Origin: a virus
Strand: one strand, 5' to 3'
DNA: 64,000 nt
Virus record (IMG/VR): IMGVR_UViG_3300048927_000308
Location: 1-64,000 of that record
The first letter of the stretch is position 1. Each line of letters begins with the position of its first letter. The notes beneath the pieces are model-generated. The model ran no database searches, was not told where the DNA came from, and saw only the letters and a program-made list of their open reading frames with translations. This document shows, piece after piece, positions 20,290-29,430 of this stretch. A program made the translations under genes and the position numbers.

Positions 20290-20553
20290 TCAGATAGCGC
20301 TGATAGCACGATTGTAATTGTTCACGTTGCGGTTCTTACGGTTGATGTCTGCCAGCAGGGTCTGTGTATCGAAGATATAGGCTGGCAGATCATCAAAATA
20401 TTCACTGCGAAACTCTGGCATCCGGCACATGAAAGCCTCTTTGGCTGCTGGGCGTTTAACCTCTGCCGGCGTCGGCGTTAAATTCGCTGATTGATTGCCT
20501 GAGCAGGCGTTGAGTGTCAGCAGGAATGCGCTGGCGAGAAGTGCCCGCAGCAT
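20290..20553 (-). CDS. mlp: Outer-membrane lipoprotein o-spanin (Rz1-like, Mlp)
   Basis: Lipobox LLTLNA-C; overlaps the i-spanin gene in another frame. Confidence 0.75.
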   Translation of the reverse strand: MLRALLASAFLLTLNACSGNQSANLTPTPAEVKRPAAKEAFMCRMPEFRSEYFDDLPAYIFDTQTLLADINRKNRNVNNYNRAISAI

Positions 20554-20878
20554 GCAGCTGCTTACGGACCTGTTCTTTGCGCTCTTCCTGTTTATCAGCG
20601 TATTTCGCCTGTTCTTCATCGTCTTTCACCTCCTGAGCGTGAAAAGCTCTCTGTGCGTCGTTGAGCGCGGTAATTGCCGTGTTCTGGATCCTGATCGTGG
20701 CGTCGCGTTCGCGAATAACCTGCTCCATACGGCCAATGCTCGCGGTGGCCTGCATCAGCTGGTGGTGTTCCCATGCGACGCCAGCGACAACAACTCCGAT
20801 CACCAGTACAATACCGGTGCCCGCCAGCAGTTTCTCTTTCAGCGACAGCGCGCCGCTGAGCGTGGAAAAAATAGACAT
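20456..20878 (-). CDS. Inner-membrane i-spanin (Rz-like, PpfA)
   Basis: N-terminal TM helix plus coiled coil; late box AAGTGACTT at 20907-20915. Confidence 0.75.
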   Translation of the reverse strand: MSIFSTLSGALSLKEKLLAGTGIVLVIGVVVAGVAWEHHQLMQATASIGRMEQVIRERDATIRIQNTAITALNDAQRAFHAQEVKDDEEQAKYADKQEERKEQVRKQLHAAGTSRQRIPADTQRLLRQSISEFNADAGRG

Positions 20879-20916
20879 ATCCCCTCCTGAAACGCCATTC
20901 TCTGGAAAGTCACTTC

Positions 20917-21693
20917 TCAGACGGCACCTTTCTTCAGCTCAACCATAACGCTCTCCGGCACCAGAGCGGCGACAGCACTGGCGGTAGTGGAATTGCTCAC
21001 AGAGGCCTCGGCCAGAGCTGTACCTACGGCATCGTTGTACGCCTGCATGCCGGTGCTCGCGCTCTCGCTGGCTTTTTCATGCTTGGCCTTCAGCACATCA
21101 CGCGGTGAGGGGAGGTTATCCATTACAGCGCCAAATTCCGCACAGGCGGCCTTCAGCGCGTCGATCTGGTCTTCAGTCAGTGAAGGACCAGGCAATACCG
21201 TTCCGCTTTCTGTGCTGCCGCCAGCCCCCGTATTCAGCACCTGGTTAATTTCGGTCATGGCAGCCACCACGGCGGCGACATCAAGGTCATTAACGGCATC
21301 CAGCAGAGCATCGGGCGCCGCTTTGTCACCGATGGCCAGCGAGATCGGCAGCTCTGAGGCCTCCAGGGCGTTTGCCCGGCAGTAAACATCCCATCCAATG
21401 TTCAGCTGCAACAACACCGAAAGATCCGCGTTTGCCGCCAGCAGGCTTGCATGTTCGCTGGCCAGCTGGTTGATGGCACTGAGCGTGTCGGCGTGCCAGG
21501 TGATAGCGTTGATGTATTCGGTGATGGTGGCGGGGTACGAGATGGTGTCCAGAACGAGGCCCGCCAGCTTATCAGCCAGCGTTTTCGCCGCCGTTGCGCA
21601 ACTATTGGAGGCTGTGAGCGCCTCCGGCGTTTTCATCCCGCCAGCTGCCGCTAGGGCTTTATAAGCCGATAACTGGTAATCCTTCTCCAGCAT
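20917..21693 (-). CDS. upfB: UpfB-like virion protein
   Basis: N-terminus MLEKDYQLSAYK; position between PAAR and the spanins. Confidence 0.65.
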   Translation of the reverse strand: MLEKDYQLSAYKALAAAGGMKTPEALTASNSCATAAKTLADKLAGLVLDTISYPATITEYINAITWHADTLSAINQLASEHASLLAANADLSVLLQLNIGWDVYCRANALEASELPISLAIGDKAAPDALLDAVNDLDVAAVVAAMTEINQVLNTGAGGSTESGTVLPGPSLTEDQIDALKAACAEFGAVMDNLPSPRDVLKAKHEKASESASTGMQAYNDAVGTALAEASVSNSTTASAVAALVPESVMVELKKGAV

Positions 21694-21702
21694 GGTGTTC
21701 TC

Positions 21703-21987
21703 CTAACTGATTTGTACTAATGAGTCACCGGCGGCCACGGTAGAACCGCAGGAAATGGGATCGCCGACGCACATGATCCCTTTTCCGTTCACCGTAAACC
21801 AAGGGCGCGTAGAAATTGCCTGACCGCCGTGCGTGCTGTTCCCATCGCTGTGCTGTGCGTACTGATTGCCGTCTACCAACACATCGATCCCGCTAATTTT
21901 AAGCAGCGATTCCCCCTCTATTGGCGGCCGTGCGGGAAACCCCCCATGTCCAGTACAAACGCTGTTTTTGGTTGCAATAGCAGACAT
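21703..21987 (-). CDS. upfC: PAAR spike-tip protein (T4 gp5.4-like, UpfC)
   Basis: CTGHGGFPARP ... GDPISCGS, 94 aa. Confidence 0.85.
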   Translation of the reverse strand: MSAIATKNSVCTGHGGFPARPPIEGESLLKISGIDVLVDGNQYAQHSDGNSTHGGQAISTRPWFTVNGKGIMCVGDPISCGSTVAAGDSLVQIS

Positions 21988-22065
21988 TAGATCCTCTTTT
22001 TTTGTCTAATAACAATCTATGATACTTATTGTTATTAGTGGGTTTCCGCATAAAATATGATTAAA

Positions 22066-22082
22066 ATTATTCTAATAAATTT
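22066..22082 (+). promoter_or_regulatory. C1 operator of the uhr-hrdC-dmt operon
   Basis: ATTATTCTAATAAATTT. Confidence 0.75.
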
Positions 22083-22145
22083 CTGTTTTTTTAAATCCCT
22101 CTGCGCTAACATCTCGCCACCGTTCAACGACGCAAAGGAAAGGCT

Positions 22146-22430
22146 GTGGAGCTAATTAATCGAAAAGAATTCGACCGCCGCGTAACGAGTGGTGAGCTCG
22201 ATACGTTACAGGCGATTGAGGTTTATGAAGGGATCTGCCTTGTAGCAGGTAAAACTGGCTCTAAGGAGTCATACATGCTCCAGCGCACTGATAAAAAGCC
22301 GTATCTCTGGAAAAACGAGCTGGGGCCGAGCATCTACGCAAAAACACGAGGCTGCACCAGCCTGGTCTTCTTCTACCGCGAAAAACTCTCTGTTAATTCC
22401 ATTCTCTCCGGAGGATTAATCAGTGTTTAA
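22146..22430 (+). CDS. uhr: Uhr-like hypothetical protein
   Basis: 94 aa directly upstream of hrdC as in P1; GTG start after AAGG. Confidence 0.6.
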   Translation: MELINRKEFDRRVTSGELDTLQAIEVYEGICLVAGKTGSKESYMLQRTDKKPYLWKNELGPSIYAKTRGCTSLVFFYREKLSVNSILSGGLISV

Positions 22431-23328
22431 AAACTGGAAAAAAGTATCTGTATACAGCCTATCCCGTGACATTGACTTCACCGAGATCGTTGATAAGAGC
22501 AAGGGTTATAAGTTCGCTCCATGCTCCAGTCAGTCCATGGCCAGTTTTGGCTTTGTTTCTCCGTATGGGGGCGACTCTGAAGTCATGAACTTGCGTGGAA
22601 ACGGCTTTATCCTGATCGAAGCAAAGCGCGAAACTAAGATCCTGCCCGCACCGGTCATCAAAACTGAACTTGATAAGAAGATCGCGAAGCTGGAACAGGA
22701 CCAGGGCCGCAAGCTGAAGAAAACTGAGAAAGACTCGCTGAAAGACGAAGTGCTGCACACTCTGCTGCCGCGCGCGTTCTCCAAGTTCGCCGCCATTCAG
22801 GCTATCTACGACGGCTCCACCAGCCGGATTTACGTTAATGCCGGTCCGCGCCAGGCCGAGGATTTTCTGGCACTGATTCGTAAGGCGCTCGGCTCGCTCC
22901 CTGTTGTGCTGCTGACGATGGAAAACCCCATTGAGCTGACGATGACCGAGTGGGTTCGCAACGGCAGCGCGCCGCAGGGCTTCACGATGGGCGATTCCGC
23001 AGAGTTGAAAGCCATCCTAGAAGACGGCGGTATTGCGCGCCTGAAAAAACAGGATCTGGTATGTGATGAGATCGCGACGCATCTGGAAGCCGGGAAGCTG
23101 GTAACTAAGCTGGCGCTGAACTGGAAGGATCGCGTAACGCTTACTCTTGACGACGGTTTAATGCTGACTGGCATGAAGTTTGCTGATGAGCTGGTGGAGC
23201 AAAACGACGATATTGATCGTGAAGATATGGCGCAGCGTATGGACGCTGATTTCATCCTGCTGAGCGCCGAGCTGTCATGTCTGACTGACGATCTCATCAA
23301 TGTGCTGGGTGGGGAGGCCAAGCGATGA
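22423..23328 (+). CDS. rdgC: Recombination-associated protein RdgC (HrdC)
   Basis: MFKN start, E.KILPAPVI, LLPRAFS, KLVTKLALNW and DADFILL motifs. Confidence 0.95.
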   Translation: MFKNWKKVSVYSLSRDIDFTEIVDKSKGYKFAPCSSQSMASFGFVSPYGGDSEVMNLRGNGFILIEAKRETKILPAPVIKTELDKKIAKLEQDQGRKLKKTEKDSLKDEVLHTLLPRAFSKFAAIQAIYDGSTSRIYVNAGPRQAEDFLALIRKALGSLPVVLLTMENPIELTMTEWVRNGSAPQGFTMGDSAELKAILEDGGIARLKKQDLVCDEIATHLEAGKLVTKLALNWKDRVTLTLDDGLMLTGMKFADELVEQNDDIDREDMAQRMDADFILLSAELSCLTDDLINVLGGEAKR

Positions 23329-23900
23329 TTGAGCCGGTTGTCGTTAGCTTCTATACCCCTGAGTGGGAATATCGCAGCCGTGCTCTGGCGCTGGCGAAAC
23401 AGTGCGAGGAAATGGGTCTCCGTCATGATTTTCGCCCGATGGAAAGCACAGGCAACTGGTTGCGCAACACTGCATTGAAAGCCTCATTCATACACAATCT
23501 CCTCCAGCAGCATGAACACATCATTTGGAGCGATTGCGACGGCGTATTTTTGGCCCGTCCGACTCTCGTTCTGGATCATGCGGCCAATGAACCGGTAATG
23601 GCCGTGCCTCACCAGGCGTTGCCGCGTAACTGGCAAGTGTCCTGCCTGTCCTTCCGCCGTACGCCCGAATCACTGGCGCTGTCAGCTCGTTGGGCTGACT
23701 ACGTCCGCGAAAACGATGTCACCGATGAGTTGGCATTCCATATTGTTACTACCGAAATGCCAGGGCTGGTTGCACCGTTGCCTACAAGTTATTGCGGGCT
23801 GCCTAAACACGGCGTTTACCCTGAAGGGACTGTATATGCGGTAGGCCTCTCTAAAAGCCCGGACAAGATGGCCATGAAGGCGAAGAAGGGGCAGAAATGA
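23325..23900 (+). CDS. Putative GT-A fold nucleotide-diphospho-sugar transferase
   Basis: VVVSFYT...Y, W..NT.LK..FI and IIWSDCD (DxD); ATGA overlaps with both neighbours. Confidence 0.65.
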   Translation: MIEPVVVSFYTPEWEYRSRALALAKQCEEMGLRHDFRPMESTGNWLRNTALKASFIHNLLQQHEHIIWSDCDGVFLARPTLVLDHAANEPVMAVPHQALPRNWQVSCLSFRRTPESLALSARWADYVRENDVTDELAFHIVTTEMPGLVAPLPTSYCGLPKHGVYPEGTVYAVGLSKSPDKMAMKAKKGQK

Positions 23901-26326
23901 CACTAACCTACGGATCCGTTTGCAGCGGAATTGAGGCGGCGAGTGTCGCATGGGAACCGCTGGGCATGCGCCCGGCTTGGTTCTCTGAGATTGAGCCCTT
24001 TCCCTCCGCCGTTCTGGCCACCCGCTGGCCAGACGTGCCCAACCTGGGCGATATGACCAAAATCGCGGCCGCCGTTGCCGCGAATACAGTAACCGCGCCT
24101 GATCTGCTGGTGGGAGGGACTCCCTGCCAGGCATTTTCCGTCGCAGGGCTGAGAGAAGGCCTTGCTGATGAGCGCGGTCAGTTGACTCTCGCATACGTGG
24201 AATTAGTTAATGCAATCGACACTCGCCGCGCCGAGCAAGGCCTCACACCAATTATTTTCTGCTGGGAAAACGTGCCCGGCGTCCTCACCTGCAAAGACAA
24301 CGCGTTTGGCTGCTTCCTTGCCGGGCTGGCTGGAGAAAATGAACCGTTCGAGCCAGGTCCTCGACCTGAGCGCGGAAAAACAAGCGCCTTCTGGCGCTGG
24401 GACAAAAAAACCAGTCAGCACGTTCCAAAGTGGCCGCAGTCTGGTTGTGTTGTTGGACGACAGCGCAAACTGGCCTGGCGAACCCTTGATGCCGAATACT
24501 TCGGCGTTCCACAACGACGCCACCGCGTCTTCGTTGTCGGAAGTGCTGGAGAAGGGTTTGATCCCGAAGCGGTACTTTTTGAGTTCGACGGCGTGCGCCG
24601 GGATACTCCGCCGAGCCGAGAAGCGCGGACGGTCGTTGCCCCCATTACTGCAAACGGCGTTGGCGCAAGTGGCGCAGATCCGCGAGATGCCCAAGCCGGA
24701 CACCTCCAGGTAGTTGTTGGCGCAATCGCTGCACATTCTTTTACCGGCGGTGCTGGTGGTCGGCCAGAAGGTGCCGCAGCCGGGCACTTTGTCCCGGTAG
24801 CGTGCATGGCGCACGGACAAGGTGGGGCGGAGATTAAAACTGATGATTCAGCCCCTACACTGACCTGCAATCATGAAGCACCGATCGTTATTCACGATAC
24901 GCTGGCGTTCCCGGCACACATGAGCGGCACGCAGTGCGCGGCTGCCGAAGACGTTTCCCCATCGCTGATGTCTCGCAACCCCACGGCGATCGCCTATGGC
25001 TTCCAACCGCGAATCGCACGTAACGGTCGGGGCAATATGGGGGATGTGTGTCTTGCACTGAATGCCCAAGCTGGCGAAACAGGAAGGGGGGACGCTGCGC
25101 CCTGCGTGGCGCTGGCGTTCGCTGAAAATAACCGTGGAGAGGTCCGGCTTCAGGCGGGTGACGGGCAGCTGTCCGGGCCGCTCTCTGCTGGTGGCGGTAA
25201 GCCGGGGCAGGGATACCCTGCGATCGTTAACGGAATGGCGGTGCGCCGCCTCACTCCGCTGGAATGTGAGCGCCTTCAGGGATTCCCTGATTTCCACACG
25301 CTGATCCCGGTAAACAAACGAAACAAGCTGATAGCCGACGAGCTGGCGTACCTGCGCGCCTATTTCCCTTATATGCCGGAAGAAGAGGCTTACCGCCTGG
25401 CCGCCGATGGCCCGCGTTATAAGGCAATCGGTAATTCTATGGCTGTGCCGGTCATGCGCTGGATAGGCAAACGCCTCCTCAAAGAGCTGTCAAAAACCGT
25501 CGCGTCGGCTGCGCGCACAAAACCTTTCCTGAAATGGGCAGGTGGCAAATATAGCGTGATTGATGACGTGCTGGCGCAGCTGCCGCGTGGACGTCGCTTG
25601 ATTGAACCCTTCGCAGGTGGCGGTTCTGTCTTCCTGAACGCTGGATTCGACGAGGTGATCGCTAATGACGCCTGCGATGATCTGATCCTGACCTACCAGG
25701 TTATGCAGTGCGAACCGCTGGCGCTCACCGACAAGGCCTACGCGATGTTTCAGGAGGGAAACAACCCTGATTACTTCGACAAGCTGAAAGCCCGCTTTAA
25801 CAAGCGCGAAATAATGACGCAACTGGAGCGCGCCGCCGCGTTTATCTACCTCAATCGCCACTGCTACAACGGTCTGATGCGATACAACCGCCAGGGCGAA
25901 TTTAATGTGGGGTTCGGGAAGTACCGGCAGCCATATTTCCCGCGTGCCGAGCTGGAAGCCTTTGCCGCCGTGGCGCGCCGCTGCACGTTCGCCGTTGCCG
26001 ACTGTAATGACACCGTGGCGCTGGCGGGCGAAGGGGATGTGATTTTCTGCGATCCACCGTATGAGCCGATGCCGGGTAAATCCGGTTTCACAAATTACAG
26101 TGGCCAGAGTTTCCGGTTTGACGATCAGGCACGACTGGCGCAGTCATTGAAGGCCGCCCACCAGCGTGGTGCCAGCGTAGTGATTACAAACAGCGGCGCG
26201 CCGTCTATCACTGAGCTTTATACCAGCATTGGGTTCAAGGTGATGCCGCTGCGCGCGCGTCGCTCGATCTCATGTGCTGGCGATACGCGAGAAACCGTCA
26301 CCGACATCATAGGAGTATTAGCCTGA
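23897..26326 (+). CDS. dmt: Fused cytosine-C5 and adenine-N6 (Dam) DNA methyltransferase Dmt
   Basis: C5 motifs SVCSGI, GGTPCQAFS, WENV, PQRRHR, RRLTPLECERLQGF and YKAIGNS, followed by Dam motifs KWAGGK, EPFAGGG and DPPY. Confidence 0.95.
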   Translation: MTLTYGSVCSGIEAASVAWEPLGMRPAWFSEIEPFPSAVLATRWPDVPNLGDMTKIAAAVAANTVTAPDLLVGGTPCQAFSVAGLREGLADERGQLTLAYVELVNAIDTRRAEQGLTPIIFCWENVPGVLTCKDNAFGCFLAGLAGENEPFEPGPRPERGKTSAFWRWDKKTSQHVPKWPQSGCVVGRQRKLAWRTLDAEYFGVPQRRHRVFVVGSAGEGFDPEAVLFEFDGVRRDTPPSREARTVVAPITANGVGASGADPRDAQAGHLQVVVGAIAAHSFTGGAGGRPEGAAAGHFVPVACMAHGQGGAEIKTDDSAPTLTCNHEAPIVIHDTLAFPAHMSGTQCAAAEDVSPSLMSRNPTAIAYGFQPRIARNGRGNMGDVCLALNAQAGETGRGDAAPCVALAFAENNRGEVRLQAGDGQLSGPLSAGGGKPGQGYPAIVNGMAVRRLTPLECERLQGFPDFHTLIPVNKRNKLIADELAYLRAYFPYMPEEEAYRLAADGPRYKAIGNSMAVPVMRWIGKRLLKELSKTVASAARTKPFLKWAGGKYSVIDDVLAQLPRGRRLIEPFAGGGSVFLNAGFDEVIANDACDDLILTYQVMQCEPLALTDKAYAMFQEGNNPDYFDKLKARFNKREIMTQLERAAAFIYLNRHCYNGLMRYNRQGEFNVGFGKYRQPYFPRAELEAFAAVARRCTFAVADCNDTVALAGEGDVIFCDPPYEPMPGKSGFTNYSGQSFRFDDQARLAQSLKAAHQRGASVVITNSGAPSITELYTSIGFKVMPLRARRSISCAGDTRETVTDIIGVLA
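24210..24713 (+). CDS. Nested alternative-frame ORF inside dmt (possible MTase second subunit)
   Basis: Open frame ending in SSLSEVLE...PKRYFLSSTACAGILRRAEKRGRSLP. The true start is uncertain. Confidence 0.5.
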   Translation: MQSTLAAPSKASHQLFSAGKTCPASSPAKTTRLAASLPGWLEKMNRSSQVLDLSAEKQAPSGAGTKKPVSTFQSGRSLVVLLDDSANWPGEPLMPNTSAFHNDATASSLSEVLEKGLIPKRYFLSSTACAGILRRAEKRGRSLPPLLQTALAQVAQIREMPKPDTSR

Positions 26327-27024
26327 TGGCCAGAATAACCCCTCCGCACCTGGAGATGGCGCTGTCACGCGTCAAAGGCTACGTGATGCGTCACCCGAAC
26401 GGCGTAGACGTTAAAGATTTGCTGAAGGTCGAAGCTTTTTCCCGGCTTAAGACTAAAGACCGCAAGCAGCTGCTGGACATCATTGAGCGTTATGACCAGC
26501 TGGAAGTAACGCAAACCGGCAGGGGCGCAAAGACCGTCACCTGGCTGCGCCATAAATTGCATACCCTTACTACACCAGCTGAGCCCGTACTGGTTGTTAC
26601 TGAAGAGGCAGCTGAGCCGACATTCATATGCTGCGACTGTCTCAGAGAGAAGCCAGCACGCGATTTTACCGGTGATGTTCACCGCTGCTCTACCTGTGAA
26701 GCTCGCGCCATCGCGCCTGCGGTTAAGAAAACAGAAAAGTTATCGTTAAACATTGAACAAAAGGAAAATGAAGCAATGCCTCCGAAAACCGCTCTATCCC
26801 CATCCGAAATGCGTAAACAGGCAGAAGCGCTACTGCGCCAGGCCGAAGAGGCAGAGCGCACTGTTGCGGCTAAAGATGTTTTCCAGAAACAACTGGAACC
26901 TTTGCGTCGGGAAGCTCTGCTGGCTCACACAAAAGTGACAAAGGGTTTAGAGATGATGGTAGACGGCATGGCCGAGCTGGATAAGGCGATGGCCAAGTTG
27001 CGCGACTTTAAAGTAGAAGCATAA
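26326..27024 (+). CDS. Hypothetical protein with wHTH-like N-terminus, CxxC...CxxC zinc finger and coiled coil
   Basis: ATG overlaps the dmt stop, with AGGAG RBS. Confidence 0.7.
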   Translation: MARITPPHLEMALSRVKGYVMRHPNGVDVKDLLKVEAFSRLKTKDRKQLLDIIERYDQLEVTQTGRGAKTVTWLRHKLHTLTTPAEPVLVVTEEAAEPTFICCDCLREKPARDFTGDVHRCSTCEARAIAPAVKKTEKLSLNIEQKENEAMPPKTALSPSEMRKQAEALLRQAEEAERTVAAKDVFQKQLEPLRREALLAHTKVTKGLEMMVDGMAELDKAMAKLRDFKVEA

Positions 27025-27040
27025 AAATGCTTTACCTCGC

Positions 27041-27085
27041 ATTAGGCTAATAAATTTTTGTTTATTTAATTGTTCTAATAAATTA
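27041..27085 (+). promoter_or_regulatory. Tandem C1 operators upstream of ban
   Basis: ATTAGGCTAATAAATTT (27041-27057) and ATTGTTCTAATAAATTA (27069-27085). Confidence 0.75.
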
Positions 27086-27163
27086 TCTTTATTGGCGCAC
27101 GAGACATTTGATTTTGCAGTAATAGAAGGGCGGCAACGCCCTTTTCTTTAGGGAGTTCTTACC

Positions 27164-28522
27164 GTGAAAGACATTAAAGCACCTCCGCACTCGATCGAGG
27201 CAGAACAGGCTGTATTGGGCGGTCTAATGCTCGATAACCAGCGCTGGGAAGAGGTAGCTGATGTTGTCACTCCGCATGATTTTTATACCCGGCAACATCG
27301 GATTATCTGGTCGGCGCTAGCGTCTCTGAGTGAAGCCGGGAAACCAATGGACCTCATTACCTTGACCGAGAAGCTGGAGGAGGAGGGGACACTGGATATT
27401 TGTGGGGGCTTTGCATATCTCGCTGAGCTTTCGAAGAACACTCCCAGCGCCGCCAATATCAGGGCTTATGCCGAGATTGTCCGCGAGCGCGCTGTAGTGC
27501 GCGAGGTAATAAGTGTATCCAATGAAATCGCGGAAGCTGGGTATTCACCGCAGGGCCGCAGCAGCGAAGAACTGCTGGATATGGCAGAACGGCTGGTATT
27601 TGGAATCGCTGAGAAGCGCCAGAAAGCGGATACCGGGCCAAAAGACATAGCCAGCATACTCGACACGACAGTAGCGCGCATTGAGGAGCTATTTCAACGC
27701 CCACATGACGGCGTTACCGGCCTCGACACGGGCTTTACCGATCTTAACAAAAAGACGGCAGGCCTCCAGCCATCTGATTTAATTATTGTTGCCGCACGCC
27801 CATCTATGGGCAAAACCACCTTCGCTATGAACTTGGTTGAAAACGCCGCAATTAACAGCGATAAGCCCGCGCTGGTGTTTAGTCTGGAGATGCCTAGCGA
27901 CCAGCTGATGATGCGCTCCTTGGCATCGCTGTCACGCGTAGATCAGACCCGAATTCGCACCGGCCAGGTTGACGATGAGGACTGGGCGCGTATCTCCGGC
28001 ACCATGGGGATCTTACTGGAAAAAAGAAACATCTATATTGACGATTCCAGCGGCCTGACCCCAACAGAATTGCGCTCCCGCGCGCGGCGCGTTTATCGCG
28101 AAAACGGCGGCCTGAGCATGATCATGATTGATTACCTTCAGCTGATGCGTGTTCCAGAGCTGAAGGAGAATCGCACGCTGGAAATTGCTGAAATTTCACG
28201 TTCCCTGAAGGCTCTCGCCAAAGAACTACAAGTGCCTGTGGTGGCGCTTTCCCAGCTTAACCGCTCGCTGGAGCAACGCTCCGATAAGCGACCTGTCAAC
28301 TCCGATCTCCGAGAATCTGGTGCAATTGAGCAGGACGCTGACCTGATTATGTTCCTCTATCGCGATGAGGTTTATCACGAGAACACGGACATGAAGGGAA
28401 TAGCGGAGGTGATTATCGGAAAACAGCGAAACGGTCCGATTGGTACCGTTCGCCTCACTTTTAATGGCCAGTATTCCCGCTTTGATAACTACGCTGGCCC
28501 CGACTGGAAAGAGGAAGACTGA
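27164..28522 (+). CDS. ban: Replicative helicase, DnaB analogue Ban
   Basis: PPHSIEAEQAVLG, ARPSMGKT, IDYLQL and SDLRESGAIEQDAD. Confidence 0.97.
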   Translation: MKDIKAPPHSIEAEQAVLGGLMLDNQRWEEVADVVTPHDFYTRQHRIIWSALASLSEAGKPMDLITLTEKLEEEGTLDICGGFAYLAELSKNTPSAANIRAYAEIVRERAVVREVISVSNEIAEAGYSPQGRSSEELLDMAERLVFGIAEKRQKADTGPKDIASILDTTVARIEELFQRPHDGVTGLDTGFTDLNKKTAGLQPSDLIIVAARPSMGKTTFAMNLVENAAINSDKPALVFSLEMPSDQLMMRSLASLSRVDQTRIRTGQVDDEDWARISGTMGILLEKRNIYIDDSSGLTPTELRSRARRVYRENGGLSMIMIDYLQLMRVPELKENRTLEIAEISRSLKALAKELQVPVVALSQLNRSLEQRSDKRPVNSDLRESGAIEQDADLIMFLYRDEVYHENTDMKGIAEVIIGKQRNGPIGTVRLTFNGQYSRFDNYAGPDWKEED

Positions 28523-28812
28523 TGAAACGAAAACTGATTGCCCGCAATAAGATCAACGTTACTGGCGTGCTGCGATATGCCCGGCGCAACTTTCTTTTCC
28601 CGAATGATGCCTCACGTATGGGCCGCTACCGCGCCGAGGTGCGCATGAAATTGCGTCACGAGCGCCGATTTGGTGCCGAACCTGATTTTAGCCAAGCAGA
28701 GCAGTGGGGCTTGTCGAGCAGCTTTATTATCCCGTGCGTCAGCTCCCGGGGGCTGATCTGCAAACACATCCTCGTTACCAATGAGAAACTGGAGGAAATG
28801 CGCAATGCGTAA
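28522..28812 (+). CDS. Hypothetical basic protein
   Basis: Start overlaps the ban stop. Confidence 0.55.
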   Translation: MKRKLIARNKINVTGVLRYARRNFLFPNDASRMGRYRAEVRMKLRHERRFGAEPDFSQAEQWGLSSSFIIPCVSSRGLICKHILVTNEKLEEMRNA

Positions 28813-29101
28813 ATTTATGACCGTCACCATGCCGGATAACAGCGTATGGAAGATACCGACTGACGTAATCGCCCGTCACCGCGCCGCGTATTACGCGAAA
28901 GAACACAACATCACCCTGGAAGAGAGCCTGACGCAATGTACTCAGCCGCTTTTTGACCAGTATCCGGACGAGATCGAGGATTGGGCCGAGAACAACATGA
29001 ACTGGTCCGACGTTCAGCCGCACGCCACGATGGTTCGCCCCGGGGAAGTTGACTATGACGATGGCTGGGCAAACGGTGAAAAAGCATTTGTTGAGGCCTG
29101 A
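28805..29101 (+). CDS. Phage hypothetical protein
   Basis: GGAGG RBS upstream; in the operon. Confidence 0.7.
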   Translation: MRKFMTVTMPDNSVWKIPTDVIARHRAAYYAKEHNITLEESLTQCTQPLFDQYPDEIEDWAENNMNWSDVQPHATMVRPGEVDYDDGWANGEKAFVEA

Positions 29102-29103
29102 AA

Positions 29104-29382
29104 GTGATGATCTACGTTAGGACCGCTCCGGCGCGCCGTAAACCGCAGAACGGCGATCAGAAGATGATTAAAGGCGTGCTACATGAGCGCATTAGCACGC
29201 GCATCCTTATGCGGGGCTGGGATGAACAGAAAGGCGAGGGGTGCTATTACCTCGCCTGGGACAAAACCGGGGGCAGGCAGTGCTATGAATGGGTGCCAGT
29301 AACAGATCTGGTTGGCCTCTCTCCTTTTAAGCGTCGCTATTATGCCGAAATAGATGGAAAGCATGACAACGTAACTCACTAA
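29104..29382 (+). CDS. Hypothetical protein
   Basis: Continues the operon after GAGG. Confidence 0.55.
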   Translation: MMIYVRTAPARRKPQNGDQKMIKGVLHERISTRILMRGWDEQKGEGCYYLAWDKTGGRQCYEWVPVTDLVGLSPFKRRYYAEIDGKHDNVTH

Positions 29383-29430
29383 TGCTTTACGAGCTTACCT
29401 AAACACAAATAGCATCCCACTTTGGGATGA

